Shown in pieces: positions 11,575 to 24,100 of a stretch of DNA of 64,000 bases (positions are counted from its first letter, which is position 1; each line of letters opens with the position of its first letter). A program made the position numbers and the translations under genes. This DNA is from Piromyces finnis finn (lineage: Eukaryota > Fungi > Neocallimastigomycota). Under the pieces are notes generated by a model. It made no database searches. It was not told the DNA's origin and saw only the letters and a list, made by a program, of their open reading frames with translations. The stretch spans positions 65,308 to 129,307 of the forward strand of contig MCFH01000087.1 of assembly GCA_002104945.1 (NCBI GenBank), written 5' to 3'.

Positions 11575-12617
11575 TGATATTTTTAATAAATAATAAATTC
11601 TAATATTTATGATGAAACAATAAATTTAAAATAAAATAAAATATGTTTTATAATTAACAAATAAATCACTCAAAAACTCGAAAATAAACTCTTTTTATTA
11701 TGTTTAAATTATCTCTTTATTATATTTATAATTTATTTATTGTCTATTTATTGTCCGCCTTTTTTATAAAGAAGAATTTTATCTTCTTTTTATACATTTT
11801 TCATTTATTACATGTATTATTATTTTTAACTATTAAATATTATTACTATTGTGATTATTTATTAAAATTAAAGAATAAATTAAAATTATGTCTTAATATT
11901 ATAAAAATGTTATAGAATATTACTTATTTGATTTTCTTATTACTTCAAAATGTTTAAAATTAGAAAAACTATTATAAATTATCATTAACTATCATTAAAT
12001 GTATAATACCTTGAATAAAATAATTAAAATTTAAAATTAAAATAATATTAAAATAAAATTAAAATGAAATTAAAATATTAAAAGTATCAATTATTATAAA
12101 CACTCATTTTATACAGAAACATAAAAGAGTTCTGTATTTTATCTTTGGAATTGTTATTATTGTTCTATTTCCAGGCTTTAAATTAATCACTTTTAGTAAT
12201 AATTACTCAGTTATTTATTTGTTAATTTATATATATAAGTTTGAAAGAATTTCTAAAGAACACTTGGATAAAACACTAGAATTAATAATTTAATGTATAT
12301 CATTTTATTTTTTAGTTTATTTATTCATTTTTATTTACTTATTATTATTTTATTATTTTAATACATTTTTGGATTGAGTCGTTTTATTTTATTTAATAAT
12401 TTATTTTATTATTATCACTATTAGGTCGTTTTTATTCATAATTTATTATTTAATAAAGAGAATATTATTTATTTAAAAGAAAGGGTTATATTTCCATAAA
12501 ATTATTATTTATTCATTTTTAAGGGTTATTATCTTTTATTTTTATTATAAGTCGTTATGGGTTAAGTCGTGTTTATTCGGCTAGTTTTTATTACGTTTTT
12601 ATGTGAGTAGCGTATCA
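11575..12617 (-). repeat. 3' LTR of element C (left boundary uncertain)
   Basis: On the minus strand TGATACG starts at 12617 right after a GTGGGGGGA purine tract. The left end is only guessed from a TGATAT at 11575 because no partner LTR is available. Confidence 0.5.
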
Positions 12618-12629
12618 AGATCCCCCCAC

Positions 12630-15600
12630 TTAAGTTTGGACTTCGTCCCTGGAAGTCTCATTGTGCCAAGTATGATAATGAACTAAATTCTTTTGATGAA
12701 CATTTCTTTCAGCTATTGCACCACTAATAGGGTCACATAATGTAGCAGTATTAAATTCCATTTTAATAATACGGAAAGGTCCCATGAAAAATGGATCTAA
12801 CTTTCTTCTTGAAAAATTTCTAACAAGTACTAAATCACCAGCTGAGAATGCAGTATTCATTGAAGCTTTTTGTTTTCTTCTATTTTCCCATAATTTATTA
12901 GCATTCTGAATATTTTTGGTAACTTCAATAATCCATTCCCAATGTGTAGTAAATTTATTTATTAAATATTCTTCTGGAGTTTCGTATTCATTTTTATTAT
13001 TATATTCTATCATAAGTTCAAATGGTTGAATGTCAGTACGACCATATAATAATTCAAAACTGGAAAATTTTGTTACTTCATTTTTACAAGTACGTAGAGC
13101 CCATAGAGCAGATGGTAGAACTTCGTCCCATTCTTTATTTGAGTTTCCTAGTAGTCGAATATTTTTAACAATTTCTCTATTACGATTTTCTACTTGCCCA
13201 TTTGTTTCTGGATGATAAGTGCTAGAATATTGAACATATATATTATATAAATCAAGGAAGCCTTTAGTAGCATCAGAAGTAAATTGTGGACCATTATCAG
13301 TAATTAATATTTCCGGAGTACCATGTCTAGAAAATACATTTGTAAGAAATTTTATAACATCCGTAGATTCAATTGACTTTAGTGGTTCAGCTTCAACCCA
13401 TTTGGTAAAATAGTCTACAAGTACTATTATATATTTATTATTATTTTTAGTTATTGGTAGTGGTCCAATAATATCTAAACCAACTCTAGTGAATGGTAGA
13501 CCTGGTTTTGTAGCAAATGATTCAGTACCACTATTAATAGGTTGAGGTCTCTTTAATTGACAATCATGACAAGTTTTTACAAGTAGTTCTACATCTTTAG
13601 CCATATTTTTCCAATAATAACTTTTCTTCAGTCTATTATAAGTTTTATAAAATCCTTCATGACCTATTGAATGCGCAGCTAATAGTAATTCTATTTTCTC
13701 TTCTTTATCTTCAACAACTTTTCTGATATTGTCTCCATCTTTATAATATTTTATTCCATTTATTAAGATAATTTTCTTTTTAAGAAATTCTTTAATTTTA
13801 TTACTTCCTGGATATTCATTTGAATTATTTTCACTGGTGGTACCAATAGATGTATCAGTTACTTCAGTTACAAGTACAGCTTCTAAGTCAGTATCATTAT
13901 CTAATACTTCTTCTTTTTCATTTTCAAATGAAACGGAGGATATTTTTATTTTATTTTCTATATTAAAATAATTATTTTTATCAATATTAAAAATATTAGA
14001 TGGTTCAAATGAATGAATTTTATTAAGATTATTATTATTGTGGATGTTAGAATTATAATAGTTAGTTGTAGTATTTTCATTTAATTTAGGAAAATCATTT
14101 TTATTTATATCTATTTTATTATTTAAGTAGCAAGTGTTATTTAAGTCATTGATATCACTATTCATTACTTTATTATAAACAGTACCATTATCATAGTCAG
14201 ATAATTTATTTATTTCATTATTTTTAAAATAATTATTATTCTGGCCCTTATCAATATCATTTTTAAAATTTATATTATTATTAGTAGAAATATAATTATT
14301 TAAATCAACATTATTAAGTTTAGGATTTTTAATTGAATTTACACTTTCATTAACACAAGAATTTTTATTTAAGTCAATGTTTTTATCAATATAAGGATTA
14401 ATATTATTATTTTTATTTATTTTATTATCATTAATACATGAATTATTAAAATTACAAGAATAGACTATATTTTCATTATTTTTAGAGTAAAAATCTTTAT
14501 TTGAATTTAAGATATTATTTCTAGTGGTTTCATCATTATTATTATTAAAAGTAGCTAGTGAAAATTTTATATTACTTTTATCATTTGGTATTAGTCTAGA
14601 TAATGCATCAGCGACTACATTTTTCTTTCCTTGTTCATATTTGACTTTTACTTTGAGCATACTAAGTGTAGTAACCCAGCGTGTTTGACGAGCATTATTT
14701 GGTTCTTTATTATTAAATAAACCAACTAAAGGTTTATGGTCAGTATATAATATTGTTTCTTCTTTATTTCCACTTATATAAGATTTAAATTTCTTACAAC
14801 AATAAAAAGCTGCAGTTCCTTCTAAGTCAGTTATACTATAATTAAGTTCGCTATCATTTAAAGACCTACTAACATAATGAATTGGATGTTCAACATTATT
14901 TCCATCTTTTTGAAGTAGTACACCACCAATACCATTAAGTGATGCGTCAGTTCTTATAATAAAATTTTTATCATAGTCAGGATATTTTAAAATAGGAGAC
15001 TTAATCAGTCTTTCTTTTAGCATTTGAAAACTTTCTTCAGTTTCAGATGTCCATTCAAATTTTATACCCTTTTTTAATAGTTTAAATAGTGGATGAGCAA
15101 TTTTGGCAAATTCTTTTATAAACTTCCTGTAATATCCTATAGCTCCTAAAAATGATCTTAGCTGTGTAAGGTTTGTTGGTGACTTCCAATTTTTAATAGT
15201 TTCAATTTTCTTTTCAACTGGTTTGACACCTTCTACTGATAGAATATGACCAAGGACCTCTACTTCTTGTTTTAAGAAATGACATTTAGAAAGATTTGCT
15301 TTTATACCATTTTCTTTTATTATATTAAAAACCTTTTGAAGATCTAATATATGTTGTTCAAGACTTGGAGAAAATACTAAAAGGTCATCCATATAAACAA
15401 ATAAACATTTTCCAATAAGTGGTAGAAATATACGGTTCATTTCTCTTTGAAAGGTTGCTGGAGCATTACATAAACCAAAAGGCATTACTTTGTAATTATA
15501 ATTTCCAAATATTGTTGTAAAACATGTTTTATCAATATCTTCTTTCTTCATTGGTATTTGATGAAAACCAGAGAATAAATCCAATGTAGATAAATATTTT

Positions 15601-17342
15601 ACATTATTACCAATAGAAAATAATATTTCTTCAATATATGGAAGTGGATATGAATCTTTTATTGTTATAGAATTTAATTTTCTATAATCGACACACATTC
15701 TCCATTTTCCATTCTTTTTTGGTACTAATAAAACTGGAGAAGACCAAGATGATTGTGATGGTTCAATTAAATCATTCTTTAATAGCTTACCTATTTCTTC
15801 TTTTAGAATTTCCATATGTTCTTTATTAGAAATACGATACATTTTCTGTTTAATAGGATCCTCTTGATTTAATTTAATTTCATGAGCTAATAATTTTGAT
15901 TTTCCCAAATCATCAGTATCATTAGCTAGAACATCTATATTGGTTACTAAAAGATTCTTTAATTGGTCTTTTGCTTCTTCTTGTGCTTCGTCTACTATTT
16001 TATTAATAAGTTGTAGTTTAGAATCATTAGTAGTTTTTATCTCTAAATCTTGATATTTAGCATTCTGACTAGTTAAGTAGTATATTAATGCACCTTGATT
16101 AACTTCTTCATCAAATTCTTCTATTAAGTTAATTGGATTCATTTCATTAATACTTTCAAAGGATCCGATTTTGTGAATATCATCAGTTTTCTGATATAAA
16201 GTATGATCAGAAAAGTCCATAATTAATTTCATATTGGCTAGAGTTTCTACACCTATTAAAACTTGGAATATATCTTCTTTCTCAATAAGTCTAAATATTT
16301 CTATAGATGTTATATCACCAATAGTAATTTCAATTTCGTATAGATGCGACTCAATAGTAGTATTAGAATAAGCTTGATATAAAGTCTCTCTAATTTTTGA
16401 AACTGGTTTTAATGGAATATTATTTTCTAATAGGAACTTTCTAGTAATCATATTTATAGATGAACAGGAATCCAAATATACAGTAGTTTCTATTCCTTCT
16501 ATTTTGCATTTTGATTTCACAACTTTATCTTTTCTTATGGTGGAAAGAATTGTAGATTCATCCTCAATAATTTTAGTAAATTTTAATGCTTTTGAAAGTT
16601 CTGTTTTTAATTTAGGACTAATTTCAAGTAGTTGACCTATTGTTATATTTGCAAATTTTTCTCCTATATCTTTAGTTATATTATATTTTTCTTGATCTGC
16701 TGATATAACTAATCTTTTTGTACCTTTTTCATTTGGTACATCTTTTTCTTTTTGACTTGGAAGTTCAATCTCTTTTGCTAATTCTATTATTTCCTTTTCT
16801 CGTTCTTTTCGTTCTTTTTTATTATTTCGTTTAGCTTTATCTATAGTGGGTTGATTAATGAATGAGGGATCTAATTGTTTTAATGCTTCTGTTGAATTAG
16901 TGTTATTATTATTATTGTTATTAATATTATTATTTATATTGATATCATTATTTATTTTATTATTTTCATTATTATTTATATTAATGTCATTATTCATATT
17001 CATATTATTATTAATATTATTATTATAATTTTTATTAAGATTTTTATTATTATTATTATTTTCATTTTCAATTACAGACTCCATTTCTACTTCGTTATTT
17101 GGAACTTCAATTATATCTTTATAAATATTATTCAATGGTTCTCTAGTCTCATTACTTGGAACTCTAATTGGTTGTGGATTGTCACTTAATTTTTCTTTGG
17201 TAGTTCTTTTATATGGTTTAATATCAGTATTCTTTTTAGCTTTTCTTATTACTGGAATAGTAATTTCTTCATTTACTGGTACTGATATTGTAGCAAAAGT
17301 AGTATTGGTTTGATTTATGGGAGTATTCCTTCTCCCACTCAT
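12630..17342 (-). CDS. pol: Pol of Ty3/gypsy element C (PR-RT-RNaseH-IN)
   Basis: VYLDSCSSIN protease, WRMCVDYRKLN and YMDD RT, TDASLNGIG RNase H, HSIGH…CHDC, VGLDIIGP / TDNG integrase. ~200-aa Asn-rich insert between RH and IN. Confidence 0.96.
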   Translation of the reverse strand: MSGRRNTPINQTNTTFATISVPVNEEITIPVIRKAKKNTDIKPYKRTTKEKLSDNPQPIRVPSNETREPLNNIYKDIIEVPNNEVEMESVIENENNNNNKNLNKNYNNNINNNMNMNNDININNNENNKINNDININNNINNNNNNNTNSTEALKQLDPSFINQPTIDKAKRNNKKERKEREKEIIELAKEIELPSQKEKDVPNEKGTKRLVISADQEKYNITKDIGEKFANITIGQLLEISPKLKTELSKALKFTKIIEDESTILSTIRKDKVVKSKCKIEGIETTVYLDSCSSINMITRKFLLENNIPLKPVSKIRETLYQAYSNTTIESHLYEIEITIGDITSIEIFRLIEKEDIFQVLIGVETLANMKLIMDFSDHTLYQKTDDIHKIGSFESINEMNPINLIEEFDEEVNQGALIYYLTSQNAKYQDLEIKTTNDSKLQLINKIVDEAQEEAKDQLKNLLVTNIDVLANDTDDLGKSKLLAHEIKLNQEDPIKQKMYRISNKEHMEILKEEIGKLLKNDLIEPSQSSWSSPVLLVPKKNGKWRMCVDYRKLNSITIKDSYPLPYIEEILFSIGNNVKYLSTLDLFSGFHQIPMKKEDIDKTCFTTIFGNYNYKVMPFGLCNAPATFQREMNRIFLPLIGKCLFVYMDDLLVFSPSLEQHILDLQKVFNIIKENGIKANLSKCHFLKQEVEVLGHILSVEGVKPVEKKIETIKNWKSPTNLTQLRSFLGAIGYYRKFIKEFAKIAHPLFKLLKKGIKFEWTSETEESFQMLKERLIKSPILKYPDYDKNFIIRTDASLNGIGGVLLQKDGNNVEHPIHYVSRSLNDSELNYSITDLEGTAAFYCCKKFKSYISGNKEETILYTDHKPLVGLFNNKEPNNARQTRWVTTLSMLKVKVKYEQGKKNVVADALSRLIPNDKSNIKFSLATFNNNNDETTRNNILNSNKDFYSKNNENIVYSCNFNNSCINDNKINKNNNINPYIDKNIDLNKNSCVNESVNSIKNPKLNNVDLNNYISTNNNINFKNDIDKGQNNNYFKNNEINKLSDYDNGTVYNKVMNSDINDLNNTCYLNNKIDINKNDFPKLNENTTTNYYNSNIHNNNNLNKIHSFEPSNIFNIDKNNYFNIENKIKISSVSFENEKEEVLDNDTDLEAVLVTEVTDTSIGTTSENNSNEYPGSNKIKEFLKKKIILINGIKYYKDGDNIRKVVEDKEEKIELLLAAHSIGHEGFYKTYNRLKKSYYWKNMAKDVELLVKTCHDCQLKRPQPINSGTESFATKPGLPFTRVGLDIIGPLPITKNNNKYIIVLVDYFTKWVEAEPLKSIESTDVIKFLTNVFSRHGTPEILITDNGPQFTSDATKGFLDLYNIYVQYSSTYHPETNGQVENRNREIVKNIRLLGNSNKEWDEVLPSALWALRTCKNEVTKFSSFELLYGRTDIQPFELMIEYNNKNEYETPEEYLINKFTTHWEWIIEVTKNIQNANKLWENRRKQKASMNTAFSAGDLVLVRNFSRRKLDPFFMGPFRIIKMEFNTATLCDPISGAIAERNVHQKNLVHYHTWHNETSRDEVQT

Positions 17343-17351
17343 AAGTTTAAA
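17317..17351 (-). promoter_or_regulatory. -1 frameshift signal of element C
   Basis: T TTA AAC heptamer (plus-strand 17345-17351), 6-nt spacer, hairpin GTGGGAG-aaggaata-CTCCCAT. pol is in the -1 frame. Confidence 0.8.
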
Positions 17352-18562
17352 TGATTTTGATTAGAGTTTATAAGGCCTTGTTTTTCCATTTCTGCAAGTT
17401 CTTGGAATGTATATTTGCAATCTTGCATTTTGTGGCCTACTTGTTGACATCTAAAACATTTATTTCTTTGAGACTGGTTAAACATATTCACTTGACTTTG
17501 AGATGTAGTTTGATTAACTTTATTAGTAGTAGTATTCATTTTATTAGCATTAACATTATTAGAATAATTAGTGGAATTTTGATATGATTTATTTTCTTCC
17601 ATATTGGAATAATTATTGTTATTAAATGTACTAGAATTATAAGGGTATTTACTATAACCATTATTATATGCATTTTGATCACCTTGATAGTTGTTATAAT
17701 TATTGTTATAATTATTATTATAATTGTTACTATAACTATTATTATTAGTATTGAAATTATTTGGGTAATTATTTCTGTAATTATTTCTCTTATTAAAACG
17801 TTGATTTCTCATATTATAGTTTCCATTGAATCGCATATTATAATTATTATAATTATTATTATTATCATAATTATTATTGTAGTTATTATTGTAGTATCCA
17901 TTATAAGTATATGGACTATCATTATTATTAAAATAATTATAATTAGTTCCACCACTATGTTGAGTAAATAGATTATAATTTTGGTTTTGATATGGATCAA
18001 AGTAAGGTTGGTTATCAGTAAACATATTTACATTATGATACTGAGGAACTTCAGTTGCTGATTCAGCTAATTCGGCAACCTTAAAAGCGGCTTCTATATC
18101 TTTAGGTTGGGCAGTGATTACTTGAGTTCTGATAAAAGGACGAGAAATAATGGAATTAGTATAATCCTTAACAGTAACGAATAGTTGGGATCCAACATTA
18201 AGATTTTTATATAAGTTTCCATATCTCCAGTTGAAATCCTTAATACTTTCTCCCCTTCTAATTTTTAGAGCCTTAATATTAAAACATTTTTCTTGAGGCG
18301 TAATTTCTAAGTATTCTTCAATAGCCTCCTTAATATCTTCGATACTAGGGTAATTTATTCCAGTATCACTTTCTGTTTTTAAATCATCAATGATTCCTTT
18401 TAATCTACCTTGGACACTTTCCTTTGCCCAAGCAAATATCTTTTTGGGATCATTGATGTCAGATAGGTCCATAACTCTGCTGAATTCTTCAGCCCAGCTT
18501 TCGATATCCCTATCTTGACTACCAATTCTAGGTAGCATTTTAGTGATTTCACTGATCTTCAT
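17339..18562 (-). CDS. gag: Gag of element C (407 aa)
   Basis: CFRCQQVGHKMQDC zinc knuckle and Asn/Tyr-rich linker. No 5' LTR or PBS is found upstream, so the element is 5'-truncated. Confidence 0.92.
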   Translation of the reverse strand: MKISEITKMLPRIGSQDRDIESWAEEFSRVMDLSDINDPKKIFAWAKESVQGRLKGIIDDLKTESDTGINYPSIEDIKEAIEEYLEITPQEKCFNIKALKIRRGESIKDFNWRYGNLYKNLNVGSQLFVTVKDYTNSIISRPFIRTQVITAQPKDIEAAFKVAELAESATEVPQYHNVNMFTDNQPYFDPYQNQNYNLFTQHSGGTNYNYFNNNDSPYTYNGYYNNNYNNNYDNNNNYNNYNMRFNGNYNMRNQRFNKRNNYRNNYPNNFNTNNNSYSNNYNNNYNNNYNNYQGDQNAYNNGYSKYPYNSSTFNNNNYSNMEENKSYQNSTNYSNNVNANKMNTTTNKVNQTTSQSQVNMFNQSQRNKCFRCQQVGHKMQDCKYTFQELAEMEKQGLINSNQNHLNL

Positions 18563-18790
18563 TTTTGTATATATAAATTTCTTATAAGGTAAAATAATTA
18601 AAATAAAAGAATAATTTAATTTGAAATAAATGATAATAAAGAAAATAATTGGAATTTATATATTATATATATATATATGTGTTTTGAACTTTAATAATAT
18701 AATAATATTAATAATATTTATAAAATTAAAAATGAAAAGAATTGAATATATAAATAATTGATAAATTGATAAAGTATAAAATAATATAAA

Positions 18791-18831
<41 letters not shown>

Positions 18832-20031
18832 AAAAAAATTAAAGAAAATTATTTAGAAATTGAGAAGTATATTAAAGAAAAATAAAAGAATAAAAAATAA
18901 GTAATACAACAGAAATCTATATATATATTGTATAAATTATATATATTATATGGATTATATAAATTATAAAAATTATATAAATAAATGAAATTTAATATTG
19001 AATGAGATCAGATCAGAGAAGTATTTTATAGAAAGTATATTATATTATTATTATTAGTCAGGAATAATAGAAGCTTTACGGAATAATATCTAATTATAAA
19101 TTTAAATGCAATTTATTAACTCTCAATTTTAAATGATCAAGGAAGAATGAAAGAATAATTTTTTTTTTTTTTTTTTTTTTTTTGCAATTAGGAATTTATA
19201 AGAATATGTATATTTTTTTTTATTTAATTTAATTATAATAGTTTATATATATTGTTACAATTATTTATTTATTTTTAGGCACCCGAGGCACAGTGACTAT
19301 AAAGACTTTCGGATCCCTACTAAACCCCCACCTTTAAATGATAAATTTTCACTTCCAAAGTTCTGCTCCTTACTCAGGATTTTCAGCCGAACTTGCTACT
19401 CTCTTACTTGAGAATCAAATAAAGGCTGTCTAGTATACCTACTCCCTCTTGCTGAGTGTGTACCCGCCTTACTCTCTAAATAATAATTGCTTTAATTATT
19501 GCTATATTTCGAACTCAGTCTATTATATAACAACAACCAATATATACTTACTATTTTTTTTTTGTTATAATTTAAATTAAAAAATTTTTAGTCAATAATT
19601 AAGAATATTGAAATAAATTATTCGCTTAATATGTAGGTAGCCTTAAGCTAAGAAGTTTTTCATTCAACAGCCGCCTCTACAAATAAGCACTGGTGAATTA
19701 ATTTATTCTCTTAATTAAGAAATAAAAATTGTATATTTAATTCAAATTATGATCTTATTATTAACTGCTGAGAAGGATTAACTTTTTTTCCTAGTTTTTA
19801 CTATCACACTGATCCCCTGGATAGATCAGAAATATAACAAACTAACTGAATGGATTAAGTTATCCTTATTAATAATAAGAACGGAAACGATTATAGGAAT
19901 TATAGAAATTTTCTTCCTTGTGTAACGTATATGACTAACTATTAATCACTTAGTCTTTAATTTCTTAAATACCCTTTTTAGAAATATTAAAATTTTTATA
20001 ATTTTAAAATTATATATATTTCCTTTTATAT

Positions 20032-20440
20032 TGTAACGAATCATAGAAATTAGTAACCTGTCTTAGTGGTTAGTAACTAAGACCTTGGTTTGAACTACTC
20101 GAGTTCGAAACCTCATTAATATCTTTTTTTTAATTATTAAAATATTTTATAACGAAATTTTACCAAAGAAGATAATTTCTGATTGGCTTAAAAAATTAAG
20201 TTGTAAAATTTTTATAAATTTACTTTTAAAAACATTTATATAAATACGAGTGAAATTTCTCAAAAAATTATTTTGAATTCGAGTTTTTATTAACAAAGAA
20301 ATTTTATAATAAAAATAAAATTATTAAACACTAACCTGTTATAATTTTGTTAAGTGTTCAATAATAAAATTTTTATTTGCTTTTATTATTTTCCTTTTTA
20401 TATATTTGTGTTTTTATTTATTGAACATTAGTTCTTTACA
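20032..20440 (+). repeat. 5' LTR of element D
   Basis: Direct repeat of 25755-26164. Confidence 0.96.
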
Positions 20441-21142
20441 ATAAAAACTCCTAAAATATATAATAACACCTTAGTGTTTAAAAAAGGAAGAATTTTTAAT
20501 TTATTAAAAAATTAAGTAAGTCAGTGAAGCTTATTTTAACAATAAGGGTACTGAAAACAAAAGTAAAACCCACAGTTATTATAAGGGGAGCGCCAGGACG
20601 CTTAATTTAATAATAAAGAAAAAATTCATTTTCTAATAAAACGTTTTCTACTTTTAATAAATAAAATTAAATTTTATTTATTATTTTTGAAAAAATATTA
20701 AAATAACAAAGAAGTTAGGATTCAATACCTCCCTTAGCGTGGATAGTTGGACACCTATACGTAATACTTTGTTGTTTAGATATTATTAATAATCGGGGAA
20801 TTAAACCTATTTTTTTTCTTTCCGCTTAATTAAGTAAGTGACAATAAAGAAACTAATACCGTTAATTCCTTTTATTGAAAATTTTCATTTCCAATATTAA
20901 CAATTGATAATATCTACGTTATCAACAAAGAGCTACAAGGGACCTAGTATTGAATACTAATAAAATTAAATATTTGATGGTCCAATACTATTTAATTTGA
21001 CTCTTTGTCTATATTTAAAATATTTTAATCAATAAATAATAATAAAGATTTAATTTTTTTTTTCTTTCTTAATTTCTTCAAACATAACTTTATCTTATTT
21101 ACATAATTTTTATTTTCAAACAATTATATTTTTTTAATTTTA

Positions 21143-24100
21143 ATGGAAGGACAAATATTTGATAACGCCTCACTAAAAGACGGTTTCGCAGGAGACAGAA
21201 AATATCTCAAAGGTTTCTTAGCCAAAATAGAACTTGTTTTTCTCCTTTATCCCGAAAGATATCAAGATGAAGAGAGCAAGGTTATCTACCTGATTTCTCG
21301 CCTTTATGGAAATGCATTAAATTGGGCCGCTACGCTTATTGACAACCATGATCCATGTCTGACCAACTACCAAGCATTCAAGGAAAGACTAAAGGCATTC
21401 TACGGGAACAATGATGCAGTCTACGTAGCCAATCAAATGCTACGTACTCTCAAGCAACATCGTTTGGGCGGCATCAGAGGATACATCCTTGAATTTAACA
21501 AATACTCTGATGAATCTAACTGGAATGAAGAGGCTAAGATGGATGCTTTTATCGCTGGGCTCAACCAAGAAGTTGCAATGAAGATATTAGAGATGTTCCC
21601 AGGACCAAGAGATTTGTTTTCCCTCCAAACTATTGCAGCTAGAATAGACTCCAGACTTGCTACCAGGGGATTATTTTTTGACAAAAATACTAAGGGACCA
21701 AGTTCTAATTCCAGCAATGGCTCCAGAAAGGCTTCCACAAATCTAAAAGAACATCCCAAGAAGAAAAGATACTTTGGTCCGTTATCCAAGGAAGAAAAAG
21801 AAAGAAGAAGTAAGGAAAACTTATGTGTCTATTGTGGATCTCCAGGACACCAACTGAAAGATTGTCATAAGAGAAGAAATAAAAACTCAGCATTCGAATC
21901 TTTAGTTTCTCTACAAAATAATTCTACCAATTCCAAGAAAAATCAACAAGATAGGGTAACCTCAAATTTTAAATTATCGTTTGAACTAGACACAAAAATT
22001 CTTATAGACTCCGGTTCTACACTTAATCTAATAGATGTCGACTATTGCAACGATCACAATATTCCCTACCACTATGAAGAAGATTTACCCAACGTATTCG
22101 GTATTGGTGGTAGCCAAAAACTGTTCGGAGTTACTCCACTTCTTAATCTTCGCTACATGGATCACCTATGCCGTACTGTCTTTTACGTTACTGATCTACC
22201 TGTATATCCTTGTATTCTAGGTCTACGTTGGCTTAAGGAACATAATCCAAGTATTGACTTTGAAAATAATAAATTATCCTTTGGTTCTTCATATTGCTTG
22301 GATCATTGTATGACTCTCCCTTCGAATGTTCCCGAATTCCATCAGGAAACTTCTGTTTTTTCTACTGATTGCAATAACTCTTCTTCTGTTTCTTTGCCTA
22401 TTTTTATTGACAAACCTAAATCTTCTTTTTCAAATTCTAAGTTATCTCATTCTCGTAATCCCAAAGAAAATCGTTCTAAATCTGTCTTAATTAACAATGA
22501 ATCTGTTAACGATCCTTTATCACAAGAGACTTGTACTGTCATGGCTTCTAATATATCTCTTTCTAAAGTTGATTCTTGTTCACCAAAAAACTCTTTTAAA
22601 GACTCAAATCCTACTACTAAACTTCCGAAGGAATTAGAATCATATATGGACGTCTTTAGCGAATCTTCTGCTGCTCAATTACCACCTCATCGTCCTTATG
22701 ATTGCCAAATAAACCTAATCGAAAATGCCAAGCTATTTTATGGACCAATCTACCCACTAACAGACGAAGAAACAAGAGTTTTGAAGGATTATATCGATGA
22801 AAACCTCAAAAAGGGTTTCATTAGGAAATCCAAATCTCCTGCTGGTGCGCCTGTACTTTTCGTTCCTAAAAAGAATGGTGAACTCCGTCTTTGTCAAGAT
22901 TATAGGGAACTCAACAAAATTACCATTAGAGATTCCTATCCTCTACCTCTGATTCAAGATATGCTAGAGCATCTTGGTAAAGCGAAAATCTTCTCAAAAT
23001 TGGATTTACGATCAGCATATAATTTGGTCCGAATCAAAAAGGGTGATGAATATAAAACAGCTTTCACCTGCAAATTCGGCCACTTTGAATACCTGGTAAT
23101 GCCATTCGGACTGAAAAACGCCCCGGCTGTTTTTCAGCATTTTATCAATGATGTTCTGGAAAATATTCTAGGGATTTTTGTTTATTCATATATTGACGAT
23201 TTAATTATTTTTTCTGAAAACCATAAATCCCACATTAAGCACGTTATCGAAGTCCTGGATCGCTTAAGAAATGCTGGTCTTTATGCTAAGCTTGAAAAGT
23301 GTGAATTCTTTGTTTCCTCTATTGATTTCCTTGGTCATCGGATATCCTCTGAAGGTATACATATGGACCCCAATAAAGTTTCTGCTATTATTAATTGGCC
23401 AGTTCCGTCCAGTGTCAAGGAAGTTCAATCTTTTATTGGCCTAGCCAACTACTATCGTCGGTTTATTCCTAATTTTGCCAAAGTTGCACAACCCCTTCAC
23501 AGACTACTTCGTAAAAACGTTAAATTTGATTTTTCCTCTGAAGCTCTTGATGCATTTAATACCATTAAATCATTAATTTCATCTGCTCCCATCCTGTCTC
23601 ACCCAAATCGTGATCTTCCCTTTATTGTTGAAACCGACTCTAGCAACTTTGCTATAGGAGCAGTTCTGTCTCAAAAATCTCCTGATGATAAAATGATCCA
23701 TCCTGTCGCTTTCTATTCAAGATCTCTTACTTCCGCTGAAAGAAACTATCCTATATACGATAAAGAACTTTTAGCTATTGTTAATGCTCTTGAAACTTGG
23801 CGACATTTTCTCAAAGGTGCTTTAACCCCGTTTACTATTTATTCAGATCATCGAAACTTACTATATCAAAAGAAACCGGAAAAAATGTCACAACGTCTTG
23901 TTCGTTGGGCCCTTTTCCTTTCCGAATTTAACTTTAAAATTCTCTACCGCTCTGGTTCATCTAATGGTAAACCTGATGCGCTTTCACGAAGACCTGATTA
24001 TATGGATTCCTCTCTTCCTTCTGATGCTCCTTTTTCGGTTTTACGCCCTGAGAATTTCTGCGCTTTGATTTGTTCCATTTCTTCTCTTAATGATGAAATA

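Noticed and set aside
2986-18000. Many short Ile/Leu-rich ORFs (e.g. 2986-3273, 3974-4525, 6461-6805, 17675-17971)
   Set aside because: They are antisense or off-frame shadows of AAT-rich retroelement ORFs. The short ORFs inside D, E, the LINEs and the transporters are shadows of the same kind.
19270-19500. GC-richer stretch upstream of element C as a gene remnant
   Set aside because: All frames checked are interrupted within ~30 codons and no motif is recognisable.
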